Shown here piece after piece: positions 57,339 through 64,000 of a DNA stretch of 64,000 bases. The DNA comes from Terriglobia bacterium (GTDB taxonomy: Bacteria > Acidobacteriota > Terriglobia > 20CM-2-55-15): the NCBI GenBank assembly GCA_965198225.1, contig CBDAOY010000006.1, forward strand, positions 448,001 to 512,000, read 5' to 3'. Position 1 is the stretch's first letter. Each line of letters starts with the position of its first letter. Under the pieces are notes generated by a model that saw nothing but the letters and a program-made list of their open reading frames with translations, was not told where the DNA came from and searched no databases. Made by a program: the position numbers and the translations under genes.

Positions 57339-60176
57339 ATGAAAGTCGCCCGCACCTCGACTATGGTTCTCGTGATGATGGCCCTGGGGGCCTGCGGAAC
57401 GACGGACCCCGAGCCGACCGATGCCACAGGGTTGCGGACCGACTTCGAGAAGTACGAACTCGACAACGGCCTCGACGTGGTGCTCCACCACGACGACTCG
57501 GACCCGATCGTCGCGGTCGCTCTCCTCTACCATGTGGGCTCGGCGCGGGAAAAGCCCGGTCGCACGGGTTTCGCGCACCTGTTCGAGCATCTGCTTTTCC
57601 AGAACTCTGAAAACGTCGGAGAGGGCGGCTTCATCAACGGCATCCCGGCGCTGGGCGGCACGTTCAACGGTGGTACTTCGAACGATTCGACCATCTACTT
57701 TGAAGTCGTCCCCAACGATGCGCTGGAACGGGTTCTCTGGATGGAATCGGACCGGCTCGGGTTCTTCATCAACACGGTCAACGAGCCGAATCTCGAGAAA
57801 GAAAAGCAGGTCGTTAAGAACGAGAAGCGACAGGGGGTGGACAACAACCCGTACGGACACACCAACTCGGTTCTCGACTCCAACCTCTACCCGCCCGATC
57901 ACCCATACCATTGGCAGGTCATCGGTTCGCTCGAAGATCTTCAAGCCGCGACGCTCACCGATGCCCGGGAGTTCTATGACAGGTTCTACGGCCCTCAGAA
58001 CTGCACCCTCGTGCTTGCCGGCGACTTCGACGCGGCGGAGGCGAAGAGGCTGGTCGAGATGTACTTCGGCGAGATCCCCGCAGGCGATGAAGTCGGGCCG
58101 GTCGAAGTGCCCCCCGTCGTACTCGAATCAACCAGCAAGCTCTATCACGAAGACAATTTCGCGAGTATGCCGGCCCTGACACTCGCGTGGCCCACGGTGG
58201 AGCAGTACCACCCCGATTCCTACCCCCTAAACGCCCTCGGCCGACTCCTGACCGACGGGAAGAGCTCGCCCTTCTACGACGTTGTGGTGGAGGAAGCCAA
58301 ACTGGCACCGTCGGTGTCCGGCTTCAATCAGGCTGCCGAGCTTGCAGGCAAATTCCGGCTGCAGGCGAGGGCCTTTCCGGGCACGGACCTGAACCACCTG
58401 ATGGGCGCCTTCGACGACGCTTTCGCCCGTTTCGAGTCCGAGGGGATCACCGAGGAGGATCTCGATCGGATCAAGGCCGGACTGGAGACGGGCTTCTACA
58501 ACGGCATCTCCAGCGTGCTCGGCAAGTCATTCCAGCTCGCCTGGTACAACGTCTTCACCGGCGATCCCGGGTTCGTCGGCGAGGACCTGGACAACATCAT
58601 GGCAGTCACTATCGACGACGTCCGGCGTGTCTACGAAACCTACGTCCAGGGCAAGCCGTACGTGGCCACGAGCTTCGTTCCCAAGGGCCAGGCCGACCTC
58701 GTGTTGGCGGATTCCGAGAGAGCTGAAGTCTATGTGGAAGAGATCGTGCGAGGAGCCGAAGCCCCCGTCGCGGAGACAGGAGTGACGGCCGTCGAGCTGA
58801 CCCCCTCGGCTATCGATCGATCGACGGCCCCGCCGCTGGGCGAAACGCCGACGTTAGCCATCCCGCAGATCTGGAACGCGGAACTCGCCAACGGCATGAG
58901 GGTTTACGGCATCGAACACCGGGAGCTGCCGCTGATCCGATTCAGCATCCGGCTGGACGGCGGGCATCTGCTGGACGACCCCAATAAGGTTGGTGTCGCC
59001 AACCTTGTGACCGACATCCTCATGGAAGGCACGGCCAATCGGACACCCGAGGAGCTCGAGCAGGCGATCGACGATCTGGGTGCCTCGATCAACATGTCCA
59101 CCTCGAGCCAGGCGATTACCATCACCGGCAACTCTCTGTCACGGAACTACGATGCGACGCTGGCGCTGGTCGAGGAGATACTTCTCGAACCCCGGTGGGA
59201 CGAGGAGGCGTTCGAACTCGTCAAACAGAGGACCCTCAGCGGGATCCGACAGCGGTCGTCGTCACCGCAGGCGATCGCGACCCGCGTGTTCAACAAGCTC
59301 GTCTACGGAAGCGATCATATTCTCTCCAGCAGCGTGCCCGGTACGGAGGACGAGGTCGAGTCCATCACGATCGACGATCTCAGGAGCTACTACGCCTCGA
59401 ACTTCTCTCCTTCAGTCGCTGCGATCCACATCGCGGGGGCCATCTCCGAGGAGCGCGCCGTGGGGTCGCTTGCGAGTCTGACCTCCAGATGGGAGGCAGA
59501 GCCGGTGGCGTTCCCGGACTACGAGCTGCCGCCACCGACGAACGAAGCGGCAGTCTACTTCGTCGACGTCCCCAACGCACCACAGTCGGTCATCATGGTC
59601 GGAAGGCTGACGCTTGCGCAAACCGATCCGGACTACTATCCGGCGGTTGTGATGAACCATCAGTTGGGCGGCGGTATCACGGGTCGCCTATTTCAGATCC
59701 TCCGGCTCGAGAAGGGCTACACCTACGGCGCCGGGGCCGGCTTCGCCGGCACGACCATCCCCGGTCCCTTCAGAGCGTCCACAAGCGTCCGGGCCAATGT
59801 GACGTACGAGTCGGCTGCATTGATCAAGGAGATCATGGAATCGTACGGTCCTGAGTTCTCCGAGGAGGACCTGACGGCCACGAAGGACGCCCTGGTTCGC
59901 AACAACTACCGGTCGTTTGAAACCCTTGCCGCCCTTATACGGGTGTTGCAGAACATCAGCCGCTACGACCTTCCGTTCGACTATATCCGGCAGCGAGAAC
60001 ATGTCGTCAGCGGAATGACGATTCCTCGCGTCCGAGATCTGGCGGACCGGTTCATCGATCCCGACGCGATGATTTACGTCGTGGTGGGTGATGCGACGTC
60101 CCAGCTTGCCAGGCTTTCGGGGCTGGGGTATGGAGAACCGATCCTCCTCGACCGCGACGCGAATCCGCCGGAATAG
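57339..60176 (+). CDS. M16 (pitrilysin) zinc peptidase, lipoprotein
   Basis: GFAHLFEHLLF (HxxEH), LWMESDRLG, LRLEKGYTYG; LGAC lipobox; GGAGG RBS. Confidence 0.95.
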   Translation: MKVARTSTMVLVMMALGACGTTDPEPTDATGLRTDFEKYELDNGLDVVLHHDDSDPIVAVALLYHVGSAREKPGRTGFAHLFEHLLFQNSENVGEGGFINGIPALGGTFNGGTSNDSTIYFEVVPNDALERVLWMESDRLGFFINTVNEPNLEKEKQVVKNEKRQGVDNNPYGHTNSVLDSNLYPPDHPYHWQVIGSLEDLQAATLTDAREFYDRFYGPQNCTLVLAGDFDAAEAKRLVEMYFGEIPAGDEVGPVEVPPVVLESTSKLYHEDNFASMPALTLAWPTVEQYHPDSYPLNALGRLLTDGKSSPFYDVVVEEAKLAPSVSGFNQAAELAGKFRLQARAFPGTDLNHLMGAFDDAFARFESEGITEEDLDRIKAGLETGFYNGISSVLGKSFQLAWYNVFTGDPGFVGEDLDNIMAVTIDDVRRVYETYVQGKPYVATSFVPKGQADLVLADSERAEVYVEEIVRGAEAPVAETGVTAVELTPSAIDRSTAPPLGETPTLAIPQIWNAELANGMRVYGIEHRELPLIRFSIRLDGGHLLDDPNKVGVANLVTDILMEGTANRTPEELEQAIDDLGASINMSTSSQAITITGNSLSRNYDATLALVEEILLEPRWDEEAFELVKQRTLSGIRQRSSSPQAIATRVFNKLVYGSDHILSSSVPGTEDEVESITIDDLRSYYASNFSPSVAAIHIAGAISEERAVGSLASLTSRWEAEPVAFPDYELPPPTNEAAVYFVDVPNAPQSVIMVGRLTLAQTDPDYYPAVVMNHQLGGGITGRLFQILRLEKGYTYGAGAGFAGTTIPGPFRASTSVRANVTYESAALIKEIMESYGPEFSEEDLTATKDALVRNNYRSFETLAALIRVLQNISRYDLPFDYIRQREHVVSGMTIPRVRDLADRFIDPDAMIYVVVGDATSQLARLSGLGYGEPILLDRDANPPE

Positions 60177-60361
60177 ATCTGGGCCTGGCTCTCCTGCCGC
60201 CGCGGTGGGCTGCTTCGTTGTTCGGCGGCGTCAGTACTGGAGCCATCCAACACCGTGCTCAACGAAGTCGAGTTGCGCCCGCGCGGGCCTGGATATGTTT
60301 GACGGAGTGTTGCAAGATGAATCTGCCGTCGAAAAACTTCTCAACCTCAGGGGCCGACCTT

Positions 60362-61198
60362 ATGACCTGCAATCGACCGATTCTCACACTGATCGCCATC
60401 CTCCTGACTGCAGGTTGCTTCACGCCGACCTATGCCCAGGACGACGTGAGGGAGCATCCCGTGATCAAGCCCATGACCGGAGCGACACTGGGTCCGGGCT
60501 CCACCTTCGTGGAGTTCGGCCGGCTGCCGCTGAATTTCCGGGAGGGAGGCCGGTCGGTGCGGATGGAGGCGGAAGGCAATCACTGGCGCCTGGAGTATCA
60601 GCTCGATGACACGACGAAGAGCCGAGACGAGGTCATGGCCAACTACGAGTCGGAAGCCCGTCGGATCGGGGGTGACGTCCTCAACAGAACGGGGACGCGG
60701 CTGCTCTTCCGGCTGCCGCGTCCGGGCGGCGGGTTCACCTGGTGTCGGCTCGATACGCGGTCGGGCGGCCGATATGTTCTCGAGATCATCGACGAGGCCG
60801 GGCTGGACCTGAGCGTCGAGTTCGATGCAGACGCGTTGCTCGAGGCCCTGGACCGCGACGGCCAGGTGGCCATCTACGGAATCCTGTTCGACGTCGACCG
60901 GGCCGACCTGAGGCCCGGCAGCGGGCAGGTGCTCGACACGATCGCGACGATTCTGAAGGCGGATTCCGGGCTCCGCATCGAAGTGGCCGGCCACACCGAC
61001 GCGACCGGTTCGGCCGAACGCAACCGTGAGCTGTCGCTCGAGCGTGCGCGCGCCGTCGTCAACGCGCTGGCGCTGTATGGTATCGACCGGGCTCGACTCA
61101 TCCCACGCGGTTACGGCCCGGATCAGCCCGTCGCGGACAACGCCACAGAGGAAGGGCGCCAGCAAAATCGAAGAGTGGAGCTGACCAAGCAGCCCTAG
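60362..61198 (+). CDS. OmpA-family peptidoglycan-binding protein
   Basis: YGILFD, GHTD..G....N..LS..RA, G.GP..PVA.N....GR..NRRVE. Confidence 0.92.
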   Translation: MTCNRPILTLIAILLTAGCFTPTYAQDDVREHPVIKPMTGATLGPGSTFVEFGRLPLNFREGGRSVRMEAEGNHWRLEYQLDDTTKSRDEVMANYESEARRIGGDVLNRTGTRLLFRLPRPGGGFTWCRLDTRSGGRYVLEIIDEAGLDLSVEFDADALLEALDRDGQVAIYGILFDVDRADLRPGSGQVLDTIATILKADSGLRIEVAGHTDATGSAERNRELSLERARAVVNALALYGIDRARLIPRGYGPDQPVADNATEEGRQQNRRVELTKQP

Positions 61199-61465
61199 TG
61201 ACCTGTAGCGGTGCTATCGGTACCAGCGTTCGGCGGAACGGCGTCGTATTCTAGGAGTGACGCTCGAGCCAATGCTGTTTCATTGCGAGGGCGTTACGAC
61301 AGCGAAGACGGCGCCGTTGGGCCGAACCCTTCGGGCCGATGGGGGTTGCGGGCGATCTCTTTGTCGGAAGCCGTCACCGATGGAAGAGCATCGCTTTCCG
61401 TCTCCCTCCTCGACCTCGCCCGCAAGACCTATCGGCGATGGTGCCGATAGCACTGTTACAGGCCA
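61199..61465. mobile_element. Full-length 267-bp MITE with about 27-bp imperfect TIRs, inserted at CTAG
   Basis: Left TGACCTGTAGCGGTGCTATCGGTACCA, right TGGTGCCGATAGCACTGTTACAGGCCA; flanks CTAG/CCAG; two long internal hairpins. Confidence 0.85.
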
Positions 61466-61650
61466 CCAGACCGGCCCGAGGAGATCGACGACCGCGGTAC
61501 CGTCGGGCACCTCTTCATTCCGCGCTCCCATTGCCCCACGGCCTGCGCAAGAGCAAGCAGCGTTTAACCCTACGTGAGCGTAGGAAATGGCGTGGCCACG
61601 GTTGGCCATCGGTTATACACTTCCGTGAAAACTTCCAGTCAGGAGGTTCC

Positions 61651-62679
61651 ATGAAATCAGTCACCGTGTGCATGATGCTTCTGCTGTTTGCGATCCCGGC
61701 CCTCGCACAGGAAGCTGCCCGGCCCTACGATTTCGATGATGCCGAGACGTGGTACGCCACGTTCTCGATCGTTGCGTTCGATCCGGAGACCGACGACCTG
61801 GGCGTTGCCGTGGCATCACGGCCGGTTGGGGCGGGGGCCGCCGTCCTGTGGGCCGAAGCGGGTGTCGGCGCAATCGCGACGCAGGCGGGTGCGAACAGAA
61901 CCTACGGGCCCAAGTCGATCGCCTTGCTCATGGAAGGGCTGAACCCCGCGGAAGTCGTTAAGAAGATCACGGACGAAGATCCCGGTCGTGATCGCCGGCA
62001 GGTTGCCGTGATCGACATGAAGGGACGGACGGGAGTGTTTACGTCGGACAGGATACTGAACCGCGGCGGCGGAAGGTATGCCGGATCGATCGAAGGAACG
62101 AATTACTCGGTTCAGGGCAACACGCTGGCTGGCGCCAGTGTCCTGACAGCCATGGCCGCAGCGTATGAAGACGGTGAAGGCAGGCCGATCGAGGAACGAC
62201 TGATGGACGCCCTGGACGCCGGAAACGCCGAGGGAGGCGACGCGCGCGGCATGGGATCGGCCGGGATGCTGGTCGTCCGTCCGGTGCCGCCGGATTCGAC
62301 ATCGATCGGCCGTCGCGTCGACCTGCGGGTCGATCACAGCCTCGACAATCCGTTCGTCGAATTGCGTCGCATTCTGAATCTGCGCTATCTGTCGCGCTAT
62401 TATGCCGGTCGGGCGACAGAACTGGCGGAGCAGGGTGACCCTCGCGAGGCGCTTGAAACACAAAAAAAAGCTGTCGAGATGAACCCGACGAGCGGAGGGC
62501 TCCGTTACACTCTTGCGGAGCGGTATGCACAGGTTGGAGAACTCCTGAATGCGTTGCTGGCTCTACGCGAAGCTGTCGAGCTGCAGGGAGGTCTCAGGGA
62601 GCAGGCGGCGGCGAACCCGGCCTTCGCCGAGATCAAGGAGACGGTCGAGTTCAAGCGCGTGGTTGGCCAGCAGGATTGA
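61651..62679 (+). CDS. Exported DUF1028 (Ntn-hydrolase-like) protein with C-terminal TPR
   Basis: TFSIVA.D, GVGAIATQ, RQVAVID, VQGN.L, GGDARG..SA, DLRVD; helical TPR tail; AGGAGG RBS. Confidence 0.9.
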   Translation: MKSVTVCMMLLLFAIPALAQEAARPYDFDDAETWYATFSIVAFDPETDDLGVAVASRPVGAGAAVLWAEAGVGAIATQAGANRTYGPKSIALLMEGLNPAEVVKKITDEDPGRDRRQVAVIDMKGRTGVFTSDRILNRGGGRYAGSIEGTNYSVQGNTLAGASVLTAMAAAYEDGEGRPIEERLMDALDAGNAEGGDARGMGSAGMLVVRPVPPDSTSIGRRVDLRVDHSLDNPFVELRRILNLRYLSRYYAGRATELAEQGDPREALETQKKAVEMNPTSGGLRYTLAERYAQVGELLNALLALREAVELQGGLREQAAANPAFAEIKETVEFKRVVGQQD

Positions 62680-62780
62680 AGCTCCAGGCGGAGGTGCCTC
62701 CTGACCGGCGAAATATTTCCCTGGATGGACGTCGTGGTTTCGCCTCGATTTGTCCGTCACTAGTCCGAATTGCGGACCCG

Positions 62781-63443
62781 ATGGCCACATCAGCTCAGCG
62801 TGTGCGTGCGGTAGGGGACTCGGCGACTGTTCGTATCGCCGACATGGCGTCGTCTTTGCGCAGAGAGGGCCTCGACGTTCTCGACTTTTCGGCCGGTCGG
62901 GCGGCGGAACATACGCCGGCTTACATCTCGGAAGCGGCCATTCAAGCCATACGGGATGGGGATACACACCAGACAGTCGCGCGGGGGACACTCGCCTTCC
63001 GCAAGGCCTGCGCCCGCAAGCTGGACCGCGAGAACGGCCTCGTTGTCGACCCGGATTCGGGGATCGTCGCGACGATGGGGTGCAAGCAGGGCCTTCTCCT
63101 GACCCTGATGGCAACCCTTGACCCGGGGGATGAGGTTGTCGTCGAAGATCCCTGTTTCGTAAGCTACCAGCCGACGATTCGTTTATGTGGTGGTGAACCC
63201 GTTGCGGTGCCGCTGAGCGCCGATAAGGGCTTCCGGTGGCAGGTCGACGACCTCGAAAAGGCCCGCACCGATCGGACCCGCGCTATTCTCTTCTGCTCCC
63301 CTCACAACCCAGCCGGCGCCGTGCACACTCCCGACGATCTCGACGTGATTGGCGACTTCGCCAAACGGCACGATCTCATCGTGATTGCAGACGAAACCTA
63401 CGAAAGGTTGACCTGGGGAGCTGATCGCCGCCGACACGGATGA
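62781..63443 (+). pseudogene. 5' half of a class I/II PLP aminotransferase, truncated before the catalytic Lys
   Basis: G.KQGL, DPGDEV...DP.F..Y, CSPHNPAG, ADETYE, then homology ends near 63417. Confidence 0.85.
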
Positions 63444-64000
63444 GAAACTGTTCTATGCGCTGGTCAAGATCGGTAACGCGCGCAAGGACAGACACCTGAC
63501 CCTGAACCCGATCGAGGGTGGAATCCTTCTGGACCACTGGGGGCCGCTGGAGAACCTCGAGGTGTTCATGCAGGCGCCCATCCGGTTCGCGACCGACTAC
63601 GGTACATCGGGCGATTTCTTCGTCTTCGTCGCTGACCTTGCGGAAGACATCGAAGATTACATTGGGTCGGAGAGGGTCAATCCGGGCGATCGACTGCTGG
63701 CGGTCAACGACCAGCCCTTCGCCGACTACGTCACGGCGATCGAACCTTACATCCGGTACTCCACGGTGGATGGTTTCTGGTGGAAGATGGCCGAGGGGAT
63801 ACCCGAGAAGCACTACGACGTCTCGCCGGAGTTTTACCGCGACGACATCACGTTCCGCCTCCAGCGCGCCGACGGGTCGCAGTATGCCCTGACGTTGCCG
63901 TATCTCGGTCCGGAATCGATAACCTGGTCCGGACACGGGGCGCGGCGGTACCCTGGCTTCAACCTCGTCTCGGATCGGCACACGTTCGACCTGTGGGTCC
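63418..64000 (+). pseudogene. Start-less fragment of a PDZ/S41-peptidase-like gene running off the window
   Basis: Open frame ELIAADTDEKLFYALVKIGNARKDRHL...PGDRLLAVND...; begins abruptly at the aminotransferase junction. Confidence 0.55.

Overview
A GC-rich bacterial window, probably Acidobacteriota given the ADOP-type duplicated permease and Oar-like receptor. It is a mosaic of exported hydrolases and peptidases (penicillin acylase, S9, S15/CocE, class C serine hydrolase, M16, matrixin-like, DUF1028), transport and metabolic genes, and metG. It also holds a HigBA toxin-antitoxin pair, a nucleotidyltransferase pair, a cassette-less integron integrase with an IS1380 beside it, GTAG-type REP doublets, a CTAG-targeting MITE family, tRNA 3'-fragments and many truncated genes. 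The most interesting candidates are: (1) a minimal RiPP locus of an NHLP-leader precursor with an unusually long 59-aa core plus a ProcM-like (CCG) LanM, with no C39 transporter in the window; (2) an unannotated 25-aa leader peptide with promoter, RBS and mutually exclusive hairpins that occlude the start codon of a heterodimeric ABC exporter, i.e. a probable ribosome-stalling translational attenuator; (3) a Spy/CpxP-like LTxxQ domain fused to a TonB-dependent-type barrel; (4) an uncharacterised Fe-S two-gene module. Family calls come from motif recognition only; no searches were run. Several lesions may be assembly artefacts.
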